Source of the DNA: Mobula hypostoma
Lineage: Eukaryota
DNA length: 64,000 nt
Reading direction: 5' to 3'
Assembly (NCBI RefSeq): GCF_963921235.1
Contig: NC_086097.1
Coordinates: 51,834,001 to 51,898,000 of the forward strand
The position numbers and the translations under genes are program-made. Positions 13,509-25,686 of the stretch are shown here, in pieces. How positions within the stretch are numbered: position 1 is the stretch's first letter; each line of letters starts with the position of its first letter. Under the pieces are notes generated by a model. It was not told the DNA's origin and did not search any database. It was given only the letters and a program-made list of their open reading frames with translations.

Positions 13509-16500
13509 AATCAGAATCAGAATCAGGTTTATTATCACCAGCATGTAATGTGAAATTTGTTAACTTACATAATATAGAAGAAAAAAAATAAAATAATAAT
13601 GGTAATAATAATAAATAAATAAACCTTACTCTGTATATTTATACACTATACATACAAGGGGTGATTGATAGGTTCGTGGCCTAAGGTAGAAGGAGTCAAT
13701 TTTAGAAAACCTAGCACATTTATTTTTCAACATAGTCCCCTCTTACATTTACACACTTAGTCCAGCGGTCCTGGAGTATACGGATCTTGGACCTCCAGAA
13801 AGCGTCCACAGCAGGGGTGATTGATAAGTTTGTGGCCTAAGGTAGAAGGCGATGAGTTATACATGAGTTACTCATCTCCTCCTACCTAAGGCCACAAACT
13901 TAACAATCACCCCTGGTGAGTTATTAACTTCAAACTTTCTGCATAATCACTCAAAGAGTTGAACTGCACGTGCATGTAATGAGAGCCGTATAACTCATCT
14001 CCTTCTACCTCAGGCCACGAACTTATCAATCACCCCTGGTATACTGAATAGATTAAAAACAGTGCAAAAAACCCCAGAAATACTATATATAAAAAAAAGT
14101 GAGGTAGAGTCCAAGGGTTCAATGTCCATTGAGGAATCGGATGGCAGAGGGGAAGAAGCTGTTCCTGAATGGCTGAGTGTGTGCTTTCAGGCTTCTGTAC
14201 CTCCTACCTGATGGTAACAGTGAGAAAAGGGCATGTCCTGGGTGCTGGAGATCCTTAATAATGGAAGCTGCCTTTCTGAGACACCACTCCTTGAAGATGT
14301 CCTGGGTACTTTGCAGGCTAGTACCCAAGATGGAGCTGACTAGATTTGCAACCTTCTGCAGCTTCTTTCGGTCCTGTGCAGTAGCCCCTCCATACCAGAC
14401 AGTGATGCAGCCTGTCAGAATGCTCTCCATGGTACATCTATAGAAGTTTTTGAGTGTATTTGTTGACATGCCAAATCTCTTGAAATTCCTAATGAAGTAT
14501 AGCCGTTGTCTTGCCTTCTTTATAACTGCATCGATATGTTGAGAGCAGGTTAGATCCTCAGAGATCTCGACACCCAGGAACTGGAAACTGCTCACTCTCT
14601 CCACTCCTGATCTCTCTATGAGGATTGGTGTGTGTTCCCTCGTCTTACCCTTCCTGAAATCCACAATCAGCTCTTTCGTCTTCCTGACGTTCAGTGCCAG
14701 GTTGTTGCTGCAGCACCATTCCACTAGTTGGCATATCTCACTCTTGTACGTCCTCTCGTCACCACCTGAGATTCTACCAACAATGTTTCTATTATCAGCA
14801 AATTTATAGATGGTATTTGAGCTATGCTAAGCCACGCAGCCATGTGTATATAGAGAGCAGAGCAGTGGACTAAGCACACACCCCTGAGGTGCGCCAGTGT
14901 TGATCATCAACGAGGAGGATATGTTATCACCAATCCACACAGATTGTGGTCTTCCGATTAGGAGGTTGAGGATCCAATTGCAGAGGGAGATACAGAGGCC
15001 CAGGTTCTGTAACTTCTCAATCAGGATTGTGGGAATGATGGTATTAAATGCTGAGCTGTAGTCGATGAACAGCATCCTGACATAGGTGGTTATGTTGTCC
15101 AGATGGTCTAAAGCTGCGTGGAGAGCCATTGAGATTGCATCTGCTATCGATCCATTGTGGTAATAGGCAAATTGCAATGGGTCCAGGTCCTTGCTGAGGC
15201 AGGAGTTCAGACTAGTGCTGACCATCCTCTCAAAGCATTTCATCACTGTCGATGTGAGTGCTACCAGGCGATGGTCTTTAAGGCAGCTCACGTTATTCTT
15301 CTTAGGCACTGGTGTAATTGTTGCCTTTTTGAAGCAAGTGGGAACCTCCACCTATAGGAGTGAGAGGTTGAAAATGTCCTTGAATACTCTCGCCAGTTGG
15401 TTGGCACAGGGTTTCAGAGCCTTACCAGCTACTCCACCGGGACCTTCCATCTTGCGAGGGTTCACTCTCTTTAAAGACACCCTAACGTCGGCCTCTGAGA
15501 CAGAGATCACAGGGTCATCAGGTGCAGCAGCGATCTTCACAGCTGTAGTTGTGTTCTCCCTTTCAAAGTGGGCATAGAAAGCGTTGAGTTCATCTGGTAG
15601 TGAAGCATCACTGCCATTCATGCTATTGGGTTTCGCTTTGTAGGAAGTAATGTCTTGCAGACCCTGCCAGAGTTGTCATACATCTGATGTCGCCTCCAAG
15701 CTCGTTTGAAATTGTCTCTTTGCCCTTGAAATAGCCCTCTGCAAATCATACCTGGATTTCTGCTAGAGGCCCTGATCGCCAGACTTGAATGCCACAGATC
15801 TAGCCTTCAGCAGGCAACGTACCTCCTGGTTCATCCACGGCTTTTGGTTTGGAAATGTGCAGTAAGTCTTCGTGAGCACACACTCATCTACACACAGTTT
15901 TAATGAAGTCAGTAACAACTGCAGCATACCCATCCAGGTTCGAAGATGAATCTTTGAATACAGTCCAGTCCACTGATTCAAAGCAGTCCTGTAAGCACTC
16001 ATGTGCTTCCCTTGTCCAAACCTTCTTGGTCCTCACTGTTGGTGCTGCAGTCTTCAGTCTCTGCCTATACTCAGGGAGTAGAAGTACAGCCAGGTGATCA
16101 GACTTTCCAAAGTGAGGGCGTGGAATAGCATGGTAGGTATTCTTGATGGTGGTGTAGAAATGGTCCAGTGTGTTGTTTCCTCTGGTATTGCAAGTGATCT
16201 GTTGATGATAATTGCTTAGTGATTTTTTTCAGACTGGCCTGGTTAAAATCTCCCAAAACAATGGCGAAGGCGTTAGGATATGCAGTTTCGTGCATGTTGA
16301 TCCCAACGCTCAGATCATCTAAAGCCTGATTGATATTGGCCTGAGGTGGAATGTAAACTGCTACCAAAATGACCCCAGAGAACTCCCGTGGTAGGTAAAA
16401 AGGACGGCACTTAACTACTAGATATTCCAGATCGGGTGAGCAGAATTGGGATAACACTGATATATTTGTGCACCAAGAAGAGTTGATCATGAGGCATACA

Positions 16501-16595
16501 CCTCCACCTCTGCTTTTGAGAGACTCTATAGATCTATCCTGATGGTGTATAGTAAACCTGTTGATCTGAATTGCTGCATCTGGTACAGAAGGGAG
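13509..16595 (-). mobile_element. Near-complete Rex1/Babar LINE ORF (APE endonuclease + RT), degenerate
   Basis: Minus ORFs: endonuclease VAVYIPP...LGDFNQ (16098-16490), RT (14827-15351), C-terminus (14119-14724). (AATCAG)n tail at 13509. Confidence 0.9.
13655..14039. mobile_element. Mariner-type MITE with TA TSD and four TIR copies
   Basis: AGGGGTGATTGATAAGTT(C/T)GTGGCCTAAGGTAGAAGG-type TIR forward at 13655 and 13812, reverse ending at 13915 and 14039. Flanked by TA. Confidence 0.85.
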
Positions 16596-18221
16596 TTAAA
16601 AATAAAATATAATGCTCAAGTGATTAGAACAGTAATTCCCAATGGGGGCTGTTATGTGTCCTAAGGTGGCATTAGGGGAAATGGAAGTTGTTGGGGAGGG
16701 GGCAGTCAAGACCTGTCCGACCACTGGTAGAGTGAGCACTCTCAAGAAAAAAGGATGAGGCACTGGAACACAGAAAGAACCATAGCTCTGCAGGTAGTCA
16801 GCACCCGTTGTCACAACACTTCTGAAACTCGGCAATCTTGTCCGACCTTACTAACCAAACAGACATTATTGGGGATACATCAGTTAGCAGCCAGGGTGCC
16901 CATCAGTTCCCCTTCACCTGTGGCACCATGTCTTTTACCTTTTTGACACTATAGTTGAGTTTTTGCTTAGAGTCAACAGGAGATTGGGAGACAAGATTGA
17001 ACTTCTGTGTGAAGATGTGGGATACCTAACTGATCTGTATGACAAAATTAACATTCTTAATATGAAACTGCAAGATGAGAATTTCAATTTAATCCGGCAC
17101 TGATTCTTGAGACTTTGGTGAAAATATGTCCCACTAAGAAAAGTGCTAATTCCGTTGAAAATGAATAACATTTTCTTATTTAAAATAATCAGGGTTGATC
17201 ATCTGAGGGTCTTTTGCACAAATGCAACATTTTTTCATATATTTGTTATTAATTTTTTAAATTATATGATTATACAATAGCCCAGTACCCACAAAATCAG
17301 TTGTCCTCAGACAAGAGATTATCATTTCAATTTGATAAAAAGTGTGAAAAAATCATTTAAAATGTATAATATCTATGCCAGATGAAAGAGTAGAGTGAAA
17401 ACCTCTTTAAAACTAAAAGCTGCGAATTTTCAACAATATTTACTCTTATTTTGTGGTTGCTCAAAATGTGTCCCAAGTTTTTTTGTCAACACCGTATATT
17501 ATAAAAAAAAGCAATAAAATCAGGCAACCACATGGTCAACTATATTCCTGAAGACCCCCTTTCCGCCCTCCACATCTGCTAAATGCAACAAGGTCAAACA
17601 AGCTCCTGTAAGTTTGCTATTTTTTCAATAATTTATTACATATTTATTGATGTTGCTACTGCCACAACCATAATGTGTCAACACTGTCTCTTTTGTATGG
17701 AAAGAATTATTTTAAATTATGACATAAAGTTATGCATTTTAAGTAGAGGCCAGAGGCAGCTAGCAACAGAGGGAAAACAAAATGGCTCCTGTATACAACT
17801 CATGCATGTCATGTAGAAAAGTGGGTTTTTGTCACCACGGTCAGACATCAACACCGTCAGGTTTTCTGTCTGACAGTGGTGACACATAGTTTGACCGTGT
17901 TGACAAAAACATCCAAATCATCCTCAGTGGAGGCTTGAATATAATTTATGATCACAGTAAATAGTAATATGGCTTGTAATGTTTCATTAACCTCTTTATT
18001 TATAATATACATAATTTCCCCTTTATTTCTTCCTCACACAAGCCTATAATATTTCCTTACTATATGTATCCCCAATGACTAAAACCATAAATTAATTTAG
18101 TTGCACCATTTCATAATCATTTTATAAATTAAATTCATAGCATAATTAAATTCGTAGTAATTTTGCACAATTTCATAGTAATTCCATTAAATTCAGACCT
18201 TTTCATGTATTTTAGGAAGTT

Positions 18222-18863
18222 ATGGCTAGGCAGCAGCTATCAGTGGAGGAGCGAAAGAGAAGAAACAGGGAATACCAAAGAAAGCAGAGAGAGAAAATAT
18301 ATGGTGAGCCAGAGTTAAAGGAGGAATACCTGAGAAAGGAAAAGCAAAGATGGAAGAAGAGAGTAGAGGATGGGAAGATAAAAACTATCAGTGATTTGAA
18401 TGAAAGGGAAAAGAGGAGTAAGAGAAAGGCATGGAAACATAGACAGCAAGAGTCAAGAAAGTGTAAGAGAAAGCTGATGGAGGAAATGGAGCAGGAACCC
18501 CAGAGTGGTCCTGATGGGACTACGACAGATATATCTGCTGGTGTCATTAATTGTGGAGATTGGCTTGCAGTCATTTATGACCAAAATTGGTGGTTAGCAA
18601 AGGCTGTCACTGTGGATGCTCATCATCAAGATGTTCAAGTGGAGTTTTTCCACCCTCATGGGCCCAACACACGCTTCCATCCAAAATCAGGTGGAAAGGA
18701 TATGTGCTTCGTATCAGTTGAAGATATTTTGGTCATACTGATGGAGCCATCATCACTGGGTCGTGTAAGCAGGACGAGGGAGATCTACCACCTGGCTGCT
18801 GAAATCATGGACTTCATAGAAGAGGAGCATATTAATCGACTACTTCCTGATAAAGCTGATTGA
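18222..18863 (+). CDS. Intact 213-aa transposon-encoded protein: basic/charged helical N-terminus plus Tudor-like beta domain; no DDE core
   Basis: Open frame with ATG preceded by an acceptor-like TATTTTAG. C-terminal GDWLAVIYDQNWWLAK...VEFFHPHGP. AATAAA at 19325. Confidence 0.55.
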   Translation: MARQQLSVEERKRRNREYQRKQREKIYGEPELKEEYLRKEKQRWKKRVEDGKIKTISDLNEREKRSKRKAWKHRQQESRKCKRKLMEEMEQEPQSGPDGTTTDISAGVINCGDWLAVIYDQNWWLAKAVTVDAHHQDVQVEFFHPHGPNTRFHPKSGGKDMCFVSVEDILVILMEPSSLGRVSRTREIYHLAAEIMDFIEEEHINRLLPDKAD

Positions 18864-18947
18864 ACGTTTTCAAAGATTTTCAAGCCCAGAAATGGATGGA
18901 ATTTTTTTTTTAGTTCCTGGTGTGTTTTCTGATGTTTATGCTTAAAC

Positions 18948-19207
18948 CCGGCTGGTGGCGTAGTGTCATCAGTGTCGGACTTCGGGACGAAAGGTCCCGA
19001 GTTCGAATCCAGCCGGCTCCCCTGCACGCTTTCCATCTGTGCTGGGTTGCAAGCTGGTGATCTCTTTGGAAACTCACCCGACAGAAGACAATGGCAAACC
19101 GCTGCTGTAACTTGCCTTGTACGCGGTTCCCCACTACGTCAGAGAGGCGTGGAGGGAAAGCATCCGCTAACTGGAGAAACACTGGATGCGACGTACCTTT
19201 GCTTTCC
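18948..19207 (+). mobile_element. tRNA-derived, RTE-related SINE with 13-bp TSD
   Basis: A-box TGGCGTAGTG, B-box GAGTTCGAATCC. TSD TTTATGCTTAAAC at 18935-18947 and 19208-19220. Contains the RTE/BovB-like motif AATGGCAAACC. Confidence 0.85.
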
Positions 19208-21575
19208 TTTATGCTTAAACATTGCAGTTGTACTGTAGTTTTTATTTTGCTGTTTACTGTTGTTAATATTTACAGAAGGATAAAATGTACATGACAAATC
19301 GTTATTTGTTGTACCAAATTGTTAAATAAAGTTGTTAAGCAAGGAAGCATTGATCTGAGTGGTGAAAAGGTTGGAATTGTTTGTTGTAATTAGGCCACTG
19401 CCACCACCGTCAGGTCTCAATCACCACCGTCCGATGGAACTTTGTTTTAAATTAATATGCTTACAATCTGTTCCTCCAAAACAGTTGGTTTGTTAAAGTA
19501 ATTGTCTCTTTAAAATTAAGAAGGTCTTTTTTATGTGCAAAATTGTTAGTTTGTATATTTAATGCTAAATGATAAAAGTTGCATGATGTGAGAGTTTTTA
19601 AAGGAGTACATGTGAAATAGTATAAAAAATGAACAAAAGTGAATAGTGAGCATTTAATGGCATATATGTGTAGACACAATGATTTAAAAGCTCTAAATCT
19701 ATTTAAGACTAAATAAATAGGAATAATTAGCTTTTTATTGTGTCTGACTGTGTTGATAAAAACTAAGTAATGACAGGAAAAACACATATTTTATGAAAAA
19801 AATTACAAAATCAGGAGGTTGCACCAAAATATTGCTTGATTGCTGAGACCTTGTTCTATAAACATGTAAGTTTAGATTTCCTAACATTAAAAATTTTTTC
19901 TTTTCAAAATTAAAACCTATTGTATCCAAATTCTCAAGAATCAGTGCCAGGCATAAAGTGCAGTGTTCACTTCTATTGGAAAATTGGAAATATATAAGCA
20001 AAACATTGGGAGGAGAATGTTCTCCCAGATCCCCTGCATGTAAAGTACGGCACTCTCTTTCAATGACGGTGATTTGCAAGAGTACTGCTTTCACCTGCAG
20101 TTACTGAAGAAGGATTTTCTGAATCGATTCAAGGATTTGAACAATTTTGAAATTCCAGACTGGGTAATTAACCCATTTCTTTGCAAGGTGGAAAAGAGCT
20201 TGCAAGAAGAAATTACTGAAATTCAGAATGATGAAGAAGCGAAAATGCTTTTCAGAAATGTTGACTTTTGCGGAAGGTGGTTACACTGTCACACAAAGTT
20301 TCCTGGTATTTAGAGAAGAGCCAAACTGCTCTTCGTTACATTTCCATCCACCTACTCATACTCACACACTCACAGAACCAGAAACTGCTTGGATATTGTT
20401 ATGTGCAGAGACTTAAGGCTTCTGCTGTCACAGCTTGATCCAGATATTTCAACTCTTGCTAAAAACCATCAAGCTCAAGGTATAGAAGCTACTGTGCAGC
20501 GCACAGATACTGTGTAAGCTAGATTTAAAGACAAATAAAAATTTAAAGTAGAATATTTTTTTCATATGGTAGACATGTTTTTACACTATGGGGGCACCGG
20601 AAAGAATATTGTGCCTAAGGGGCATTGGCAAGTATGAAAGTGCTTTAGGGGACATTGGCCTAAAAAAGGTTGGGAAACACTGGATTAGAACATTGGGTTG
20701 AATTAGTTCCAAATAAACCCAGCACAAGAGGCTACCACCAACTTTTCAAGTAATTAAGCAGATGGGAGGGATAACATTCAGTGCCATTCACAAAAGGGAA
20801 AATTGAAACACTGGGACATTTCAACCCATTAACTTAGTTTATGATAACATTTGAGTCTATAAAGAAGGATGAACTTTTATAAACATTAAAAGAACTGCAG
20901 CTAATTGTAAATATTATTGATTTGTATAGCATTAGCTAATTGACTGATTTAGTTGAAAATGAGGGTATGTCTAAATAAAAGGAATGTGCCCATGTGGAAA
21001 AGTTGGGGACAGCAGGTGTAAACTCTGTTAATCTCTGGTATCAGACGTGAGGTTTCAATCAGAGTCACAGATTGATGTAGTAGTCTTCTGCATTTATGTT
21101 TAGCTGTGAGTAATGCTATTGTTATCATTTTGTTTATGTGCTTGTCCCTCGGGACCTTTCAGCATTTACTCTGTTCTTTACTTCTCTGGCAGTTCCTTGG
21201 GACAGATAATGACTTGCTTCCAGTTTTGTTCTTGTTACTTCTGAGCTTCTGAAGCAAATAGTGAAAACCAACGTGACAGGAAGTGCCTGATTAGACACGT
21301 GATGAGTAGTTTGTGAGGGGATGTGTTTCTTATCCCTTTACACTGGGCTCTGACTGTTTCTGATGTGCAGGCTCAAGGTTTTCAGTATGATCCTGTCTGC
21401 TCTTTCACTTTGAGCAGTTGTGGGGCAAGGATATCGAGAGTCGGCGGGATGTTGTATTTTTCTCATAATTAGAATCAGAATCAGGTTTAATATCACTGGC
21501 ACATGTCGTGAAATTTGTTGTTTTGCAGCAGCAGTACATTACAATACATAATAAACAATTATGTTACAAAAAGAA

Positions 21576-21600
<25 letters not shown>
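21576..21600. repeat. (TA)n microsatellite inside a minus-strand Rex1 tail (~21470-21615)
   Basis: Direct reading; AATCAGAATCAGG tail upstream. Confidence 0.9.
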
Positions 21601-21607
<7 letters not shown>

Positions 21608-21616
21608 ATAAGTAAT

Positions 21617-22155
21617 GTAGGTCAAATATGATGGCAGAATATAGTATTAATGGTAAGACTCTTGGCAGTGTGGAGGGTCAGAGGGATCTTGGGGTCTGAG
21701 TCCATAGGACACTCAAAGCTGCTGCACAGGTTGACTCTGTGGTTAAGAAGGTATACGGTGTATTGGCCTTCAACCGTGGGATTGAGTTTAGGAGCCGAGA
21801 GGTAATGTTGCAGCTATATAAGACCCTGGTCAGACCCCACTTGCAGTACTGTGCTCAGTTCTGGTTGCCTCACTACAGGAAGGATGTGGAAACCATAGAA
21901 AGGGTGCAGAGGAGACTTACAAGAATGTTGCCTGGATTGGGGAGCATGCCTTATGAGAATAGGTTGAGTGAACTTGGCCTGTTCTCCTTGGAGCGATGGA
22001 GGACAAGAGGTAACCTGATAGAGGTGTATGAGATAATGAGAGGCATTGATCATGTGGATAGTCAGAGGCTTTTTCCCAGGGCTGAAATGGCTAGCATGAG
22101 AGGGCACAGTTTTAAGGTGCTTGGAAGTAGGTACAGAGGAGATGTCAGGGGTAAT
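21617..22155 (+). mobile_element. CR1 LINE RT C-terminal fragment
   Basis: LYKTLVRPHLQYCAQFWLPHYRKDV...ERVQRR...RGHSFKV. Confidence 0.9.
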
Positions 22156-22157
22156 AA

Positions 22158-22422
22158 TACTCAGTGATTCAGGAACAGCTTCTTCCCCTCTGCTGTCCAA
22201 TTCCTAAATGTACATTGAACCCATGAACACTACCTCACTCTTTAAATATATATTATTTCTGTTTTTGCATGATTTTTAATCTATTGAATATACATACACT
22301 GTAATTGATTTACTTATTTCCTTTTATTGATTCTTCTTCTATATTATGTATTGCATTGAACTGCTGCTGCTAAGTTAACAAATTTCAGGACACAAGCCGG
22401 TGATAATAAATCTGATTCTGAT
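22158..22422 (+). mobile_element. Rex1/Babar 3' end
   Basis: TTCAGGAACAGCTTCTTCCCCTCTGC (FRNSFFPSA) followed by the tail ATAATAAATCTGATTCTGA. Confidence 0.75.
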
Positions 22423-22754
22423 GTTCTCAACTTCCCCTTGCTGAAGCCCACAATCACTTCCTTGGTCTTACTGGCGTTGAGTGCAAGGTTACTCTTTCGA
22501 CACCCTTCAGCCAGTGGATCTATCTCACTCTGCTTTTCTCAGCAAGCCTTTGATCACACCCTTGAATCACTTCCTATGTCCAGCTGGAAATCTCTCCTAG
22601 AGACAGAGCTTGGAGTTAAGTGTCTACTTCAGGAGACTAGTGACAGGCAAACTCATGTGTGACCTCAGTAGATCTAACTAATTGTGGCTATTTATTTAGA
22701 TTGCAACTATACAATTTTCTGGATATGAAATATTCACTTTTATCAGGAAATGTG

Positions 22755-23080
22755 ACTTCTCGTTTCCCTTTATTGATAGAGCCCTCTCTCGCATTTCCTC
22801 TGTTTCCCAGACTTCTGCTCTCACCCCCATCCCTCCAAACACCACAGTGATAGAGTTCCCCAAGTCGTCACCTTTCACCCTATGAGTACATCATCCTTTG
22901 TTATTTACATCTGGTCCCACCACCAGCTTCATCCCTCTCCATCCCTCCCCGGCTTCTGCAGGGGGACATTCCTCAGTGAGTCTCTGGTCTGCTCATCTAT
23001 CCCAATCCACCCTTCTCTGAATCGTGGCACTTCAACCCGCAAACACAGGAGCTGAAATGCTTGCTTTCACGCCTCCTCCT
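22755..23080 (+). mobile_element. Degraded Penelope-like fragment
   Basis: Colinear similarity to 48720-49100 (TCCCC...GTC..CACCT..CACCC; CTCTCTGGTC). Confidence 0.5.
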
Positions 23081-23081
23081 T

Positions 23082-25045
23082 CAAGTTCAATCTCAAGTTC
23101 AAGTTTACAGTCATCCGACTGTACAATCAAACAAAACAACGTTCCACTGGAACACTGTGCACCCACAAAACATATATCACACGCAGCACATAAACCAAAA
23201 TATAACCACATATAAGTTAATGTAAGTTAATTCAAAATGCATGTAGTGCACAGCATAAATACACGGTAAACAGCTTGCTGTCCAAGTGGCAAGACCTTGG
23301 CGAAGACAGGGTATTCATTAGTCTCACAGCCTGTAAGAAGCTCTTACCCAGTCTGGCAGCCTGAGTCCCGATGCTTCTATATCTCCTTCCTGATGGTAGT
23401 GGACCAAAGGGATGGGTGGTAGATACTTTGGGCCCTTGGTCTGCAATGCTCCCAGTAAGTGTTACAGACAGGAGAGCTGGAGACCCCAGTGATCCTCTCT
23501 GTGGTTTCCACTGTCCTGTGTAAGGTCCTGCAGTCTAATGCTTTGCAGCTTCCCTCCCACACAGTGATACAGCCAGACGGGACACTGTCGATGGTGCTCC
23601 TGTAGAAAGTTGTTAGAATGAGGGTGAGGAGCCTTGCACGCCTCAGGCTCCTCAGAAAGTGTAGGCGCTGCTGTGCCTTCTTGACTAGTAGGGAGGATCC
23701 AGGCGAGATTGTCTGTCGTGTCCACACCAAGGAACTCTGTGCTCTTCGCTCTTTCCATGCAATGGATGTGCAATCAAGAGTGGTCAACCTGTGACTTCCT
23801 GACGGCCACAATCACCACTTTTCTCCTGTCCAGGGTGAGACTCAGATTGATGTTCTTGCACCGTTTGACAAGCCCCTCCGCCTCCTCTCTGTATGCTGAC
23901 TCACTGTTGCTGATGAGGCCAACTACTGCTGTATCGTCAGTGAATTTGATGGTGCAGTGTGAGTTGAATCTGGCAGTGTAGTCATGAACACCACTGGACT
24001 GAGCACACAGTTCTGCGGGCACCAGCGCTCAGCATGATAGAACTTGGGATGTTGCTACCACCTCGGACTGACTGCAGTCTTTCCATCAAGAAGTCCAAGG
24101 TCGAGTTATAGGGAGAGGCGTTGAGTCCCGACAAGGGCAGTTTACCAACCAGCCTTTGAGGAATGATTGTGCTAATTGCCGACCTGAAGTCGATGAACAA
24201 CATCCTGCTGTGTGGAGCATCATTCTGTAGGTGGGACAGGATGGAGTGGAGGGCTGAGGCTATGGCGTTATCAGCAGGCAAACTGGAAAGGGTTCAATGT
24301 AGCCAGAAGGTGGGATTTTATATGATCCATTACCAGCCGCCCAAAGCACTTCATGATTGTTGAAGTCAGGGTCACTGGATAGAAAATTATTTATGCCAGT
24401 TACCATTCCTCTCTTGGGCTTCAGAACGATGGTAGAAGCCTGCAAGGATAGTGGACTTGTTTCTATTAAGTCCTCTTTTTAACTGGGCTGCACAGTCTCT
24501 CGATACCTGACCAGGTATGTTGTCTGGCCCTGCAGCTTTGTGTGGGCTTACCCTGACTAGGATCCTCCTCACCTCGGCTGTGGCCAGACAGGGTGCCTGT
24601 TCCTCTGGGGGAGAGGAGCTTTCCTCGATGTCACATCCTTCAATACGCCAAATCATGTTTGGAAGGCATTCAGCCTATCAGGAAGGGAGGTGTCGCTGTT
24701 GCTGATGGACTTGTAATTGGTTGTGGTTTGTACACCTTGCCACATGTACTGCATGCCCCTGGTGTTGCAAAAGTGGCTGTGGATATTCTGTGCGTCCTCA
24801 CTTTGCCTTTCTGATGGTACGGGAGAGTGCAGCTCTTGCTGGCCTTAGAGGGCCCACCATCTACTGACCAAAAGAGGGGAGGCAAAGATTCACCTGCACC
24901 TTCTCCCGTCTTGTTTACTGCATTCGGTGCTCCTGGTGTGGCCTCCTCTCCATCAGCGAGACCAATTGCCTGCTGGGCTGTCAATTTGCAGAGCACCCAT
25001 GCTTTATCTGCAGTGTTTTTCATGAGGTACTGGTTGACTGCATGT
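23082..25045 (-). mobile_element. Rex1/Babar LINE fragment
   Basis: Minus frames KAAGPDNIPG, MLFIDFRSAISTIIP, IKFTDDTAVVGLI, KKAQQRLHFLRSLRR. (TTCAAG)n tail at 23082. Confidence 0.85.
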
Positions 25046-25059
25046 CATTTCAGCTTCCC

Positions 25060-25420
25060 TTGACATTCCCCTCCCAACTTGCCAGTACTCACCTGCTCCA
25101 TTGATGGGGTGAGGCCCAACACAAACAAGAGGAACAACACTTTGCATTCTGCCTGGGTGGTCTACCACCCAATAGTATGAACATTGACATTTCCAGCTTC
25201 AGGCAACTCTTATCTCCTGTTCCAGCCCTTACTCCCTTCCCTTCTGATCCACCTACAATACTCCATCTTTGTCCTTTTCCCATAACCTCACCTCCTAGCC
25301 TGCCTACTTTCATCCTCCCCCCTCCTGTTTCCATCCATTTACTACCCACCTTTTCACCCACCAGGTTTCTCCATACCCCCACTGACCCAGTCTTCTTCTA
25401 TCTGCCTAATGGCTTCCATT
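25060..25420 (+). mobile_element. Penelope-like 3' remnant
   Basis: GAGGAACAACAC...TTCTGCCTGGGT...ATGAACATTGAC, as in the other Penelope copies, followed by a pyrimidine-rich tract. Confidence 0.6.
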
Positions 25421-25686
25421 ATTACCTTCTTTACTTCAAAATTCAAAGCAAAATTTATTATCATTACCATCTATATTACCATATACTACTTTGAAATGCA
25501 ATTTTTTGTAGGCATTTTACAGAAAAATAAAGAAATATACCAGAATTTAAGAAAAACTGCAGAAGAACAAAGACTGAAAAGCAACCAATGTGCACAAGAA
25601 GACAAATTGCACAGGTTAAAAGAAAAACAGAATAAAACTAAGAACATGAGTTATGGAGTCCTTCAAAGTGAGTCTGTGGAATCAGC

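Larger units (their letters stand above)
17098..19946 (+). mobile_element. DNA transposon with CAC...GTG termini and 4-bp TSD, nested in the hAT; superfamily uncertain
   Basis: TIR CACTGATTCTTGAGA(C/A)TTTGG at both ends. TSD CCGG/CCAG. Removing the element restores the hAT frame (NLIQA*SAV). Confidence 0.85.
16630..20682 (+). mobile_element. hAT (Charlie-type) DNA transposon, internally deleted, 8-bp TSD GATTAGAA
   Basis: TIRs CAGTAATTCCCAA and TTGGGAAACACTG. Perfect TSD at 16622-16629 and 20683-20690. Transposase remnants GYLTDLYDKINILNMKLQ, RFKDL...PDWVINPF and FPSTY. Confidence 0.9.

Noticed and set aside
17205..19853. Separate inner GAG-ended (Sola2-style) element
   Set aside because: The inverted similarity is weak and better explained as a degenerate extension of the outer CAC...GTG TIRs.
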